A stretch of DNA of 64,000 nt from Candidatus Woesearchaeota archaeon (GCA_018675335.1 JABGYH010000007.1:111902-175901), one strand, 5' to 3'; shown: positions 51,361 to 61,921, counted from the first letter of the stretch. Notes: a model not told the origin generated them from the sequence alone. Numbers and translations are program-made.

Positions 51361-52698
51361 ATGGCCAAAAAAGAGTGTGAAGAACAGATTGAAAAGGATT
51401 CTGAAAGCACTAAACTTAAGTCTAATTCTAACACAGACATTAAAGATTCTAAATCTAAAACAGACTCTGAAAATGAAAAAAACCCAAAAATAGAGCAAAT
51501 AGGCACAAAAAAAGAAAAAACTAGCAAAAAACTTGTTGAGAAAAGTAAAAAAGACTCAAAAAAAGAAAAAAACAGTGAAAACGATAATAACCCAGATAAT
51601 TTGGAAATTAAAACAGAAAAATCAACTTCTAAACATTCTGAAAAAAAACAAAAAGATGAAAAAAACAAAGACGAATTAGGAATTGATGATCAAGAAACAA
51701 AAGAACAAAAAAAATCATTAATTAGAGTAACAAAATTAACAAAAAGATTTGGTAAAAAACTAGTTTTAGAAAAAACCAACATGGAAATATATGATGGAGA
51801 CATATTTGGGATTGTTGGAATGAGCGGAAGTGGAAAAACAACATTACTGCACATGCTCATAGGATTCATAAAAACAACAGAAGGAGATGTTGAATACAGA
51901 ACTCATGTTAAACATAATGGAGTCATAAAACCAGAATACAAATCAGTCTTTAAATTTTTTAATCAGAATAAAATAAAAAAGTTATATGGTTACAGCTCTC
52001 AAACCCCTTCATTTTATGAACATTTAACTGTTGAAGAAAATCTCAAATTATATGGCAGATTATACAAATTATCTGGAAAAATAATAAAAGAAAGAATAAC
52101 TGAGATACTAAACTTTGTTGACCTTGAAGCAGATAGAAACTCCATATCTTCTGAACTTAGCGGAGGAATGCAAAAAAGACTTGACATAGGTTGTAGTTTA
52201 ATTCATAAACCCAAAATTCTTTTTATGGATGAGCCAACAGCAGACTTAGATCCAATTATAAGAAAACAAATGTGGAAACTAATAAAAAAAATCTCAAATG
52301 AAGGAACTACAGTAATTCTCAGCTCACACTTACTAGACGAAATAGAACACCTCTGTACCAAAATAGGAGTTTTACACGATCATCGAATGCTCGGATATGG
52401 AACACTACACGAACTAAAAGAACTATTTTCAAAAAATCAAGAAATACACATCCACACAAAACCTGGCAACTATGAAAAATTAATTGAAAAGTTCAAAAAA
52501 AGAAAATTAAAAATTAAAAAAACAGAAGAAAAAGATGAAACCCTAATTTTATATGCATTAAATGCTCAAAAGATACTTCCTAAAATTGCAGAAATAATAA
52601 ATGATTCAAGAGAAAAAATTATCAGTTTGGATTTGAAAGAACCAACTCTTAAAGAAATATTTGAGATACTAACTAAAACTAAAAAAGAAACAAAATAA
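51361..52698 (+). CDS. ABC transporter ATP-binding protein with a ~115-aa Lys/Ser/Glu-rich N-terminal low-complexity extension
   Basis: Walker A GMSGSGKTT, signature LSGGMQKRL, Walker B LFMDEPTADLD. Confidence 0.85.
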   Translation: MAKKECEEQIEKDSESTKLKSNSNTDIKDSKSKTDSENEKNPKIEQIGTKKEKTSKKLVEKSKKDSKKEKNSENDNNPDNLEIKTEKSTSKHSEKKQKDEKNKDELGIDDQETKEQKKSLIRVTKLTKRFGKKLVLEKTNMEIYDGDIFGIVGMSGSGKTTLLHMLIGFIKTTEGDVEYRTHVKHNGVIKPEYKSVFKFFNQNKIKKLYGYSSQTPSFYEHLTVEENLKLYGRLYKLSGKIIKERITEILNFVDLEADRNSISSELSGGMQKRLDIGCSLIHKPKILFMDEPTADLDPIIRKQMWKLIKKISNEGTTVILSSHLLDEIEHLCTKIGVLHDHRMLGYGTLHELKELFSKNQEIHIHTKPGNYEKLIEKFKKRKLKIKKTEEKDETLILYALNAQKILPKIAEIINDSREKIISLDLKEPTLKEIFEILTKTKKETK

Positions 52699-52713
52699 AA
52701 AATATAAATTAAA

Positions 52714-54834
52714 ATGATGAAATTATTAATCTTAATTGCTAAGAACTTCAAACTTTTGCTTAGAAGTAAAACTTCTGCACTCATCATATTTATAGGCCCA
52801 TTACTTCTTGTTTGTTTACTGGGCTTAGCGTTTAGTAAAACATCAGGATTTTTACTTACAGCAGGAATATTCTCAGAAAATTATACTGCGCTTGCAGAAG
52901 ACACCATCAGTCAGATGGAAAGTCAGAATTTTAATGTAATAAGATATGAAGATCAATTAAGCTGCATTAATTCAGTTAAAGGAGGAGAAACACAAAGCTG
53001 CATAATATTTCCTCCAGACATGAATATTTCTCCTGGAAAAATAAATGAGCTTACATTTTATGTAGATTATTCTCAAGCAAATCTCGTTTGGATAATTCTT
53101 GATTCGATGAATGCAAAACTCAATAACAAAACAAATGAAATCTCTAAAGAATTAGTAACTGATATTCTTGCAAGATTAAGTTTTGTTGAAGGCAGAATTA
53201 TGGATGCGCAAGCAGAATTAGAAGTTTTAAAAAATAAAGAAATTGATGTAAAAAATAAAGTTTTAGATGTAAAACAAGAAGTTGCAGCACTTGATATTTC
53301 GGTTGATTTTAGCAGCGTTGATTTAAACGGAGTTGACGATGCATCAGACATAATCATTTCCAAAACTAAGCTCATTAAAACTGCAGTTGAGAACAATGTT
53401 AAAACTGCACTTGACAAAGCTACTGGAACAATAAATGTACTAGCAGATATTAAAGATCGAACAGGAGTTTTGAATGAAACAAAAGAAGATGTTGATGATG
53501 CAATATCAAAATTAAATCTGCTAAAAGATACTATTGAAGAAACTCCCGCTTATGCAAATTTACAATATACTGAAATTGTTAATCAAATAGGGAATATATC
53601 CGGCATGATGAATTCAGTTGATCTTCAACTAAAAATTACAAAACAAAATGTAGCAAAAATTTCTGATCAAAGAGATTTACTACTTCCGGAATTTGATAAT
53701 GTAACTTCGCAAATAGAAGAAGCAATAATAATCATTAATAATTCAGACTTAATACTTCAAGAAGCATTAGATAAAATAAATGGACTTGAAATAAAAGAAG
53801 CAGGAGAAATAATATCACCTATAACTTCAAAAGTAGAACCTATAACCACTCAAAAAAGTCATTTTCACAGTTTATTTCCTGCACTTCTTGTAATTGTTAT
53901 AATGATTACAGGGATATTATTATCATCAACCATAATGATTGTTGAAAAGAACAGTAAATCATTTTTTAGAAATGCGATAAGTCCTACAAACTATTTTACA
54001 TTCACTACTGCTAATTTTATTAGCACACTCATAATTTTAGCAGTTCAATTAATGATGTTTATTAGCGTGTCCATATTTTATTTTCAAGTTGATATATTAT
54101 CCAATTTCCACAATATTGCACTTATTCTGTTTATTGCAACTGTCTTATTCATATTTTTAGGAATATTTTTAGGATTCATATTTAAGACTGCAGAAACAGT
54201 AACACTCGCATCAATAACTGCATCAAGTTTATTTTTATTATTTTCAAATATAATAATTCCATTAGAAAGCATGCCTGAATCAATAAAACAAATTGCAATG
54301 TATAATCCATTCGTTGTTGTTGAAACCGCGCTTAAAAAAGCAATAGTATTTAATTTTGGATTCGAACAATTACTTTACCCACACATCATAACTTTAACAT
54401 ATTATGCTGCAGGAATCATACTACTCCTACTAGTATTGCAAGGTCTTTTGAAAAAACTTGCATTCACTCATTTTAATTTCCATTTTAGCGAGAAAAAAGG
54501 AGAAATAAAACTTACTGGAACTTCAGATTGGGGGCGAGCTGAAGAAAAATTTAAATCCCAAGAAATAGATTCCAAACATAATAAAGACGTTAAAGATTGT
54601 GAAGATAATGATGATGATGACCTGGACAAAGAAACTGATGAAGAAAAAGTCGAATTAATAATTGATGAAAAAAATTCAGATCATAAATTAAGCGAATATA
54701 GTGATGAAGAAAGAAAAATTGAAGAAGATAAGAAGAAAAAAGAAGACGAAGAAAAATTAAAAGCTGAAATTGATAAAGTATTAAGTGATGAAGATTTAGA
54801 TGATTCAGACAGAGCAATGCTAAGTAAGATTTAA
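52714..54834 (+). CDS. ABC-2 family permease (YhgE/Pip-like) with a large extracytoplasmic coiled-coil domain and an acidic/Lys-rich C-terminal tail
   Basis: N-terminal TM helix, a ~330-aa soluble insert, 5 C-terminal TM helices, then a DNDDDDLDKETDEEK... tail. Confidence 0.6.
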   Translation: MMKLLILIAKNFKLLLRSKTSALIIFIGPLLLVCLLGLAFSKTSGFLLTAGIFSENYTALAEDTISQMESQNFNVIRYEDQLSCINSVKGGETQSCIIFPPDMNISPGKINELTFYVDYSQANLVWIILDSMNAKLNNKTNEISKELVTDILARLSFVEGRIMDAQAELEVLKNKEIDVKNKVLDVKQEVAALDISVDFSSVDLNGVDDASDIIISKTKLIKTAVENNVKTALDKATGTINVLADIKDRTGVLNETKEDVDDAISKLNLLKDTIEETPAYANLQYTEIVNQIGNISGMMNSVDLQLKITKQNVAKISDQRDLLLPEFDNVTSQIEEAIIIINNSDLILQEALDKINGLEIKEAGEIISPITSKVEPITTQKSHFHSLFPALLVIVIMITGILLSSTIMIVEKNSKSFFRNAISPTNYFTFTTANFISTLIILAVQLMMFISVSIFYFQVDILSNFHNIALILFIATVLFIFLGIFLGFIFKTAETVTLASITASSLFLLFSNIIIPLESMPESIKQIAMYNPFVVVETALKKAIVFNFGFEQLLYPHIITLTYYAAGIILLLLVLQGLLKKLAFTHFNFHFSEKKGEIKLTGTSDWGRAEEKFKSQEIDSKHNKDVKDCEDNDDDDLDKETDEEKVELIIDEKNSDHKLSEYSDEERKIEEDKKKKEDEEKLKAEIDKVLSDEDLDDSDRAMLSKI

Positions 54835-54867
54835 TTACAACAAAAGCAGCACCAACTTATTAACTAT

Positions 54868-56052
54868 CTAGTTTAATTCTGAAATTATTAGTTCAAATAA
54901 ATCCAATGAACCATTTTCTAATTGAATATTAAACAACAAAAAGTTATCTTGATGCTGTTTAATAAATCTATGATTGAATAAGGACTCAGAATTATAAGTT
55001 ACATGAGAATAATTAAAATCACCCGCACTCATTTGTTTTGATGAAAATCCAGAAATATTAAAGTTTGATTCAAGTTCATTTAATAAAAAAAGATAATCGC
55101 TTGCATCTTGTTTTGAATCAAATGAGAATACTGATTGAGATAAAATTGAATTTTCATTAATTGTGTGGATTTTTGTTGTATATTGTACGTCCACAAAAGA
55201 TGAAAAAAAAGCAAAAAGTTCGGGATTGTACACTAAATGAATTGTTGACATAAAATTAATTCTTGCGTTATTAAGCAAATGATCTGATTGTTTCTTAAAT
55301 TTAGTTGAATCTATTTCATTTATTTTTACAACATTATCTAACTCGTTTAAATTCGAACCATCAAGAATAACTGCTGATAGTGATTCATTTCTTATACGAA
55401 TACTATCACTTAAACTTTCACTAATAAATGCACCAGTCACATAAACTTCAACGATTGCTGCAATTAATAAAAGAAGAATTACAATTTCTATAAATGCTTT
55501 CAAATTATTTCTTGCAAACTTCCAAAATGAGAATTGAATAAACAATTTTTTTCTAAAAATTAATTTTAATAAAACTGCAACCCCTAATGTTGATGAAAGA
55601 AATAACGCAGGCAATTCAAAAATTCCATGAGGAATGATTCCCAATACCATTTGAATTGGAATAAACCCATTAAGATGCGCTAACTTAAACCCCAAATCAA
55701 ACATCAATCCAATAACTAACCCGTTGGATAGCAAGAGCAAGAATGGAGGCAATAATAACAAGCCTGACAGAGACATTAAAACTGCCACATACAAATTGTT
55801 GAAGAATATATTAAACGTTAAGAGCGCAGAATTAGATGTGTGGACAGACTCAACTAACAAAGCTAGTGAATCAAATAATTGAAGTTTAAAATTATTAGGC
55901 ATGAAAAATGCAGCAATAAAACCTAACATGAAAAAAGAAATGACAACATACAATAAATACCGATGAGAGTAAAAAATAGATTTGAAAAAAGCAAAATACT
56001 CGTGTTCGTATTTTTTAATTGATTTTGATTTGTTTTTTGTTTTTTTTCTCAT
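54868..56052 (-). CDS. SpoIIM/DUF95-family membrane protein with a C-terminal extracytoplasmic domain
   Basis: ...NGLVIGLMF...IIPHGIFELPALFLSS... DUF95 signature. Confidence 0.55.
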   Translation of the reverse strand: MRKKTKNKSKSIKKYEHEYFAFFKSIFYSHRYLLYVVISFFMLGFIAAFFMPNNFKLQLFDSLALLVESVHTSNSALLTFNIFFNNLYVAVLMSLSGLLLLPPFLLLLSNGLVIGLMFDLGFKLAHLNGFIPIQMVLGIIPHGIFELPALFLSSTLGVAVLLKLIFRKKLFIQFSFWKFARNNLKAFIEIVILLLLIAAIVEVYVTGAFISESLSDSIRIRNESLSAVILDGSNLNELDNVVKINEIDSTKFKKQSDHLLNNARINFMSTIHLVYNPELFAFFSSFVDVQYTTKIHTINENSILSQSVFSFDSKQDASDYLFLLNELESNFNISGFSSKQMSAGDFNYSHVTYNSESLFNHRFIKQHQDNFLLFNIQLENGSLDLFELIISELN

Positions 56053-56105
56053 TAAACCCTTAAAAACAATTAATATTTAAATAAGTTTAGTTAATAATTA
56101 AAATA

Positions 56106-56426
56106 ATGCACGAACAAGCAATTGCCCAACAAATAATAGAAAAAGCAAAAGAATTAGGCCAAGTTAAACAAATTTTTGTTGAAGTTGGGGATTTAGGCCA
56201 CTTGCCCGCCAATGAAATGAAAGAAGTTCTAGAAAATCGAGTTGATTGGAAAATAATTATTGAAGAAAAAAAAGCAACAGTTAAATGCGAATGTGGATAT
56301 TTAGGCGAACCAAATATTATTGAAAAACGACATGCCTCAACACTATATGAGTGTCCTAACTGCGGAAATTTACCCCAAATTATTGACGGAGACAAAATCA
56401 TACTCACAAAAGTTGAAATTGAATAA
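56106..56426 (+). CDS. hypA: [NiFe]-hydrogenase nickel-insertion protein HypA
   Basis: MHE N-terminus and CECG...CPNCG zinc site. Confidence 0.75.
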   Translation: MHEQAIAQQIIEKAKELGQVKQIFVEVGDLGHLPANEMKEVLENRVDWKIIIEEKKATVKCECGYLGEPNIIEKRHASTLYECPNCGNLPQIIDGDKIILTKVEIE

Positions 56427-56493
56427 ATTTTTAAAGAATTATTATAAAATTATAAGAAAAATTTAAATACGCACAAAAGAGACATATCATAAA

Positions 56494-57267
56494 ATGACAG
56501 ACAATGTCAAAAAAATAACAAAACCACGTAAACCGAAAGTAGGTTTTTTTTCATTCACTTGCTGTCAAGGCTGCCAATTTACAGTTTTATTCATCGATGA
56601 AATTCTAAATATATTAAATAAATTTGATGTTAAATATTTCCACCTAATAAAAGAAAAAAATAGAGAGGGAAAGTTTGACATAGTATTTGTCGAAGGTGCT
56701 ATAACCACAAAAAAGGAATTAAAAAAACTAAAACAAATTAGAGAAAAATCAAAAATTGTTGTTGCTATGGGTGCTTGTGCATGCCATGGAGGGATACCTG
56801 CAATGCGAAACTTTCTTGAAAATTCTGAATTAAATAAATATGTATATAACCAAAATATGTTAAAAGATTCCATTGAAGCAAAAGGCGTTGGAGAACACAT
56901 AACAGTAGATTACTATCTTAGAGGATGTCCAATAATTAAAGAAGAATTTGTTGAATTTGTAAAAAAATATTTGAAAAAAGAAAAAATAGAAGAATTCATA
57001 GGTCCAGTATGTGTTCAATGTTCAAAACGAGGAAAGGATTGTTTCTTAACTCAAAAGAAAATGTGTTTAGGTGCTATAACTCATGGAGGTTGTGGTGCCA
57101 TATGTACAAAAGAAAATATTCCTTGTGTTCTTTGTCGAGGACCAGTTGATCACGCAAATTTTACAGGAGAAATAAAATTATTTGAAAGTTGGGGAGTTAG
57201 TTATGAAGAAATCAAAAATAAACTAACTGAATTTGATAATATCAAATTGGATGATCCCAAAAAATAA
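56494..57267 (+). CDS. [NiFe]-hydrogenase small subunit (group 3-like)
   Basis: FSFTCCQGCQ proximal-cluster motif plus additional Cys clusters (CACHGG, CVQCSKRGKDC...CGAIC...CVLC). Confidence 0.75.
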   Translation: MTDNVKKITKPRKPKVGFFSFTCCQGCQFTVLFIDEILNILNKFDVKYFHLIKEKNREGKFDIVFVEGAITTKKELKKLKQIREKSKIVVAMGACACHGGIPAMRNFLENSELNKYVYNQNMLKDSIEAKGVGEHITVDYYLRGCPIIKEEFVEFVKKYLKKEKIEEFIGPVCVQCSKRGKDCFLTQKKMCLGAITHGGCGAICTKENIPCVLCRGPVDHANFTGEIKLFESWGVSYEEIKNKLTEFDNIKLDDPKK

Positions 57268-57282
57268 TTGTGAGAATAAAAA

Positions 57283-58581
57283 ATGAGCAAAACAATAAAT
57301 CTTAATCACATAACTAAAATTGAAGGGCATGCGAAGCTACACATAGTAGTAGATGGAAATAAAATAAAAAAAGCAGAATTGAAAATCTTTGAAGGAAGCA
57401 GATATTTTGAAGGAATACTGAAAGGTAAAAAATTTGATGAAGTTCCAATAATTGCTTCACGAATTTGTGGAGTGTGTTCTGTAGTTCATACGATTGCAGC
57501 AAACAAAGCTATTGAAGATGCATTCGAAATAACGGTCAGCAAACAAACAAAATTACTTCGAGAACTTCTAAACATAGGAGGAATTATTCAGAGTCATGTT
57601 TTACACCTATATTTTTTAGTCTTACCAGACTATTATGGGTATAGCAGTGCAATTGAGATGGCGCCAACCCATAAAGAATTAATTAAAACTGCACTAAGAA
57701 TTAAAAAAGCAGGAAATAAAATAGTTAGAGTGGTTGCAGGACGAGATATACATCCAATTGCAGAAGTTATTGGCGGTCTTTCTCGAACTCCTGATGAAAC
57801 TGCATTGAAAAGTTTACTATCTGAATTAAAAAGCATAAAAAAAGATGCAAAATTTACTCTAAATGTTTTTGACGAATTAGATTATCCCTCAATTATTTTA
57901 GACCACCCTTATTTTGGGTTTGGAGGGGGAAGTTATTTTTATTCAGACAAAGTCATAAATGGTCTTGACGGTGAAGAATACACTGAAAAAGAATATGAAA
58001 AACATTTTAAAGAATTCTTAAGAAAAGGATCAACTGCAGAATTTGCCACAAAAGAAGGCAAAACCTACATGGTCGGAGCATTACCTCGAATATTACTTCG
58101 AATCGAAAAAAATGATTTAAAAACTCAAAAAAAATATTTAAAAAAAATCTTAAACAATAAATGGAATCCATATATGAATGTTCTTGCGCAAGCAATAGAA
58201 ATCAATGAAGGAATAATCAACTCAATTGAAATTTTAGAACAAGTTTTATTAAATTTTAAAAAAGAATCTCCTGCAACTTTTGTTGTTAAAAAATCTGAGG
58301 GAATTGGACGAGTAGAAGCTCCACGAGGGATGCTATTTCACCAATACAAATTTGACTCCAAAGGAAACTGTACTTTTGCAAATATCACCACCCCCACAAC
58401 GCAAAACTTAGCACATGTTGAGGATGCAATTAAGATACTTGTTGAAACATTATTACTTGATGAAAAAAAGAGTAAGAAAGACATTAAACTTGATATTGAA
58501 AAATTAATACGCGCATATGATCCTTGCATAAGTTGTTCAACGCACTTTTTAGAACTTAATTGGGAAGAATTCAAGAAATGA
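57283..58581 (+). CDS. [NiFe]-hydrogenase large subunit
   Basis: N-terminal RICGVCSVVH (RxCGxCxxxH) and C-terminal DPCISCSTHF (DPCxxCxxH) Ni-Fe ligand motifs, plus a C-terminal extension for proteolytic maturation. Confidence 0.88.
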   Translation: MSKTINLNHITKIEGHAKLHIVVDGNKIKKAELKIFEGSRYFEGILKGKKFDEVPIIASRICGVCSVVHTIAANKAIEDAFEITVSKQTKLLRELLNIGGIIQSHVLHLYFLVLPDYYGYSSAIEMAPTHKELIKTALRIKKAGNKIVRVVAGRDIHPIAEVIGGLSRTPDETALKSLLSELKSIKKDAKFTLNVFDELDYPSIILDHPYFGFGGGSYFYSDKVINGLDGEEYTEKEYEKHFKEFLRKGSTAEFATKEGKTYMVGALPRILLRIEKNDLKTQKKYLKKILNNKWNPYMNVLAQAIEINEGIINSIEILEQVLLNFKKESPATFVVKKSEGIGRVEAPRGMLFHQYKFDSKGNCTFANITTPTTQNLAHVEDAIKILVETLLLDEKKSKKDIKLDIEKLIRAYDPCISCSTHFLELNWEEFKK

Positions 58582-58589
58582 ATATCCAC

Positions 58590-58916
58590 CTATAATTCAT
58601 CATACTTCTTACTTAACCCATGGCATTTACTAATAGGATATTTTTTTTCATTTTCTGCCATCTTTTTTTCAAACCAGTAAATAATATCTAAATTTAAAAC
58701 ATCTGACAGTCTTAACAAAATATTTAACACATCTGCCAGTTCTAACGCAACGCTATCAGGATTTGCGTTTTCTTTAAATCTAAATAAATCAAGAACTTCG
58801 CTTGACTCTAGAACAAGAGCTATTGCTAATTCTTTAGGTGAATGATACTGTTCCCAATCCCTATCCACACTAAATTTTTTTACTTTTTCTTTTAATAAAT
58901 TTATTTCATTGACCAT
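58590..58916 (-). CDS. MazG-like nucleotide pyrophosphohydrolase
   Basis: DRDWEQYHSPKELAIALVLESSEV EExxE-type motif. Confidence 0.55.
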   Translation of the reverse strand: MVNEINLLKEKVKKFSVDRDWEQYHSPKELAIALVLESSEVLDLFRFKENANPDSVALELADVLNILLRLSDVLNLDIIYWFEKKMAENEKKYPISKCHGLSKKYDEL

Positions 58917-59007
58917 ATTAGTTGAGAGAAATTGATTTAATTTAATGATTATCCCCTCACCAGTAAGGGAAAATATTTAAATAATAAACAATTATTAATT
59001 ATTTAAT

Positions 59008-59748
59008 ATGAAAATACCCCTATTAACTGAAGGAGAATCCAAGGTCTATACCTCACTAAATGAATTAGGTGAAAGCACCACAGGCTTAATTTTGAAGAAT
59101 TCAGGAGTTTCACACTCCAAAATATATGATATTCTCAAAAGACTATCTAAAAAAGGATTAGTTAGCACAGTAAATAAAAATGGAGTTCAACATTTCAGCC
59201 CCGCACCACCTGAAAGATTAAATGAACTTGTAAACGAAACTGAACTCTCACTCGCGAATACAAAACAAGAAGTTAAAGAAATTATTAATAAACTAAAAAT
59301 AGTTGAAAAAACAGGAATTAAAACAAGTGCACTAAATTCATATGAAGGAATAAAAGGCATGAAGACAGTTCTCGAAAAAGTTTTGTCACATTTAGCCCCA
59401 GAAGAGACAGTATTAATATTGGGATCTCCAAAAAAAGTAGGAGAACAAACAGGAGGCTATTTGAAGAACTGGCAACAAAAAAGAATAAATAAAAAAGCTA
59501 AATGTAAAATCATAGTCAACAAAGACTCTATTTCATGGGATGACAAATGGTGGAAAGAAAGTAAACGCAAAAAATTAACAATCACCAAAAAATCAAATAA
59601 TTTGGCCCCAGCATACCTAGTCATAACTAATTCAGTTGTCGCCACAATATATTTTTCAGAAAAACCACTATCCTTCTTAATCGAACACAAAGAAATTGCT
59701 AAAAGTTATAAAGAGTTTTTTAATCAAGCTTGGAGAGAATCGAAGTAA
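59008..59748 (+). CDS. TrmB-family transcriptional regulator
   Basis: N-terminal wHTH LTEGESKVYTSLNELGESTTGLILKNSGVSHSKIYDILKRLSKKGLV. Confidence 0.65.
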   Translation: MKIPLLTEGESKVYTSLNELGESTTGLILKNSGVSHSKIYDILKRLSKKGLVSTVNKNGVQHFSPAPPERLNELVNETELSLANTKQEVKEIINKLKIVEKTGIKTSALNSYEGIKGMKTVLEKVLSHLAPEETVLILGSPKKVGEQTGGYLKNWQQKRINKKAKCKIIVNKDSISWDDKWWKESKRKKLTITKKSNNLAPAYLVITNSVVATIYFSEKPLSFLIEHKEIAKSYKEFFNQAWRESK

Positions 59749-60121
59749 GTTCTTTTTGAATTTGATCTCGGTTTCCTTCAGGAGGAATGCCAATAATTTG
59801 AATTTTTTTAAGTTCACCCATTTCTTTTTTTAATTTTAACCAAAAGCTAAGATCTAAATCATGACATCCAATGCAGCTAAATTGAGAAAGATGATCAATA
59901 TCAGTTATTAGTATTGATTTTGAAATATTCATGATAACGTCGAGAATTATTAAATTATTTGACTCTGGAAGATCATCAGGAGAAGAACAATTGATAAATT
60001 TTATATTAGGAAAAACGAGGTTAGATACTAATTTTTTAGCCAACGAATCAGTTTTGATGAATTCATTACCAAAACAGTAAATACATAATTCAGATTTTAT
60101 TTTGGGCATACCAACATACAT
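59720..60121 (-). CDS. Hydrogenase maturation endopeptidase (HycI/HybD family)
   Basis: ...ILDVIM...CHDLDLSFWL...IIGIPPE... pattern of the Ni-dependent C-terminal protease. Confidence 0.5.
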   Translation of the reverse strand: MYVGMPKIKSELCIYCFGNEFIKTDSLAKKLVSNLVFPNIKFINCSSPDDLPESNNLIILDVIMNISKSILITDIDHLSQFSCIGCHDLDLSFWLKLKKEMGELKKIQIIGIPPEGNRDQIQKELTSILSKLD

Positions 60122-60155
60122 TAATCAAAAAGTATTTATATGGTTTTGGATTTAA

Positions 60156-61079
60156 GTGAGCAATATGGAAAAAAGAGGACTAATATTTGTATTTCTAACC
60201 GCAGTAATAAGTGGACTGGCAATATTCCTAAATAAAATAGGAGTCGGCGGAATAAATCCTAGCGTTTTTACTTTTTCAAAAAATATTCTTGTTTTTGCAT
60301 TATTATTAGTCACCATAATTGGACTTAAAGAATTCAAACAAATTAAATCATTAAAAAAAAAAGAATGGGGTTTTTTGAGCGTTATTGGACTATTAGGTGG
60401 AAGCATACCATTTTTACTCTTCTTTAAAGGATTGAGTATCACCACAGGAATTAAAGGTGCGTTCATCCACAAAACAATGTTTGTTTATGTTGCGATACTA
60501 TCAATAATATTTTTTAAAGAAAAATTAAATAAACAAACCATATTTGTTGGTGCAACCCTCCTAATAGGAAATATTCTTCTTTTAAGATTAAGTTGGCAAA
60601 CCTTAAATTTAGGAGATTTACTTATTTTTCTTGCCACAGTATGTTGGGCAGGGGAAACTATTTTGTCAAAAAAAATATTAAAAACTGTTCAACCAAAGAT
60701 TGTAGCATTAGGCAGAATGGGATTTGGAAGCATGTTTATTTTAGGATATTTATTTGCAGCAGGAGAGATTAGAGAAGTATTAATGATGAATTATGAACAA
60801 ATATTATGGATCATTATCACTTCAATATTTTTGCTAGGTTATGTTTGGACGTGGTATACTGGACTGCAAAAAGTCAGCGCAACTGTTGCAACTTGCATTT
60901 TAATGTTCGGCTCAATAATAACCAGCTTACTTAACCTAATATTTTTAGACAATATTTTAAACATCAATCAAATTATTGGAGTTATGTTTATTGGAGTCGG
61001 AATAATATCAGTTATTTTTTTAGAAAAACAAATTATCACAAATAAAAATTCAAACCTAAAATTTAATTCTATTAATTAA
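60156..61079 (+). CDS. EamA/DMT-family transporter (10 TM)
   Basis: Duplicated EamA-like 5-TM halves. Confidence 0.65.
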   Translation: MSNMEKRGLIFVFLTAVISGLAIFLNKIGVGGINPSVFTFSKNILVFALLLVTIIGLKEFKQIKSLKKKEWGFLSVIGLLGGSIPFLLFFKGLSITTGIKGAFIHKTMFVYVAILSIIFFKEKLNKQTIFVGATLLIGNILLLRLSWQTLNLGDLLIFLATVCWAGETILSKKILKTVQPKIVALGRMGFGSMFILGYLFAAGEIREVLMMNYEQILWIIITSIFLLGYVWTWYTGLQKVSATVATCILMFGSIITSLLNLIFLDNILNINQIIGVMFIGVGIISVIFLEKQIITNKNSNLKFNSIN

Positions 61080-61582
61080 TCCCAGTTGGAATTTGCAATC
61101 TCAATAAGATAACCTAAATGAGTAAAAACTATATCACCAACTTTAACATTTGGAATTAACTTCACAATCATATGTTTTGGTCGATTAATATTGTCGTTAG
61201 GTTCTAAATACTCAACTTTGGCAGTTGTTTCATTACGCATAATAATTTTTACCCTATGAACTTTACAAAATTCTCTGAATGAGGGAGGAGTTTTAGAATA
61301 AAAACCTTCTTTTCCATCAATAAATTTATTATGAAATTCTTTAAAATAAACTTCAATAATTGATCTGTCCCAAATAGGTTTGTTTAACTGAATTGCCACT
61401 TGTTTAATTCTCCTAAAAGCAGAAGGAAAAAGAAGTTCAAGTTCAGATTTATCAAGAGGAGTTTTATTTAACAATGCAGTTTCTAATGCAAGGCGCTTTT
61501 CTTCAGTTATTTTCCCTTGTTGAACTAAAACAAATGCACAAGGAAATGCATATTTCAAAAAATAATGTTCTACTGATTCCAT
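61076..61582 (-). CDS. Hypothetical protein (168 aa) upstream of hypC
   Basis: Clean ORF. No motif recognised. Confidence 0.4.
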   Translation of the reverse strand: MESVEHYFLKYAFPCAFVLVQQGKITEEKRLALETALLNKTPLDKSELELLFPSAFRRIKQVAIQLNKPIWDRSIIEVYFKEFHNKFIDGKEGFYSKTPPSFREFCKVHRVKIIMRNETTAKVEYLEPNDNINRPKHMIVKLIPNVKVGDIVFTHLGYLIEIANSNWD

Positions 61583-61613
61583 TGTTACTTATTCCATTTT
61601 ATGACTGAATTAT

Positions 61614-61847
61614 TTACTCATCATCACAATAATTTACTGATTGTTCTTCCATTTGTTTTAATGTTTTCAGAAAATCAAGCGCTTCACGCTCACTTACAAT
61701 AGACACAATAAACCCGCCTGAGACTAAAACGTATTCGCCCAATTTAGGAATTTCAAGAAGTTTAACTTCGCGTTTAGTGTGACCATAGTCAACAATTGCA
61801 GTATCAGACTTAATTTCTACAATTTTTCCAGGTATTGACAAACACAT
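61614..61847 (-). CDS. hypC: Hydrogenase assembly chaperone HypC/HupF
   Basis: MCLSIP N-terminus (Cys2 essential) and GEYVLVSGGF. Confidence 0.75.
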   Translation of the reverse strand: MCLSIPGKIVEIKSDTAIVDYGHTKREVKLLEIPKLGEYVLVSGGFIVSIVSEREALDFLKTLKQMEEQSVNYCDDE

Positions 61848-61921
61848 ATGCCTGCAATTATGACCTAAATAATATATAAAAGTATTTGTAAACCCCCGAT
61901 TAAATTTATCGCTTCAAATGT

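Noticed and set aside
51321-51668. 115-aa minus-strand ORF opposite the ABC ATPase N-terminus
   Set aside because: Mirror image of the Lys-rich low-complexity coding region (F/S/L-rich).
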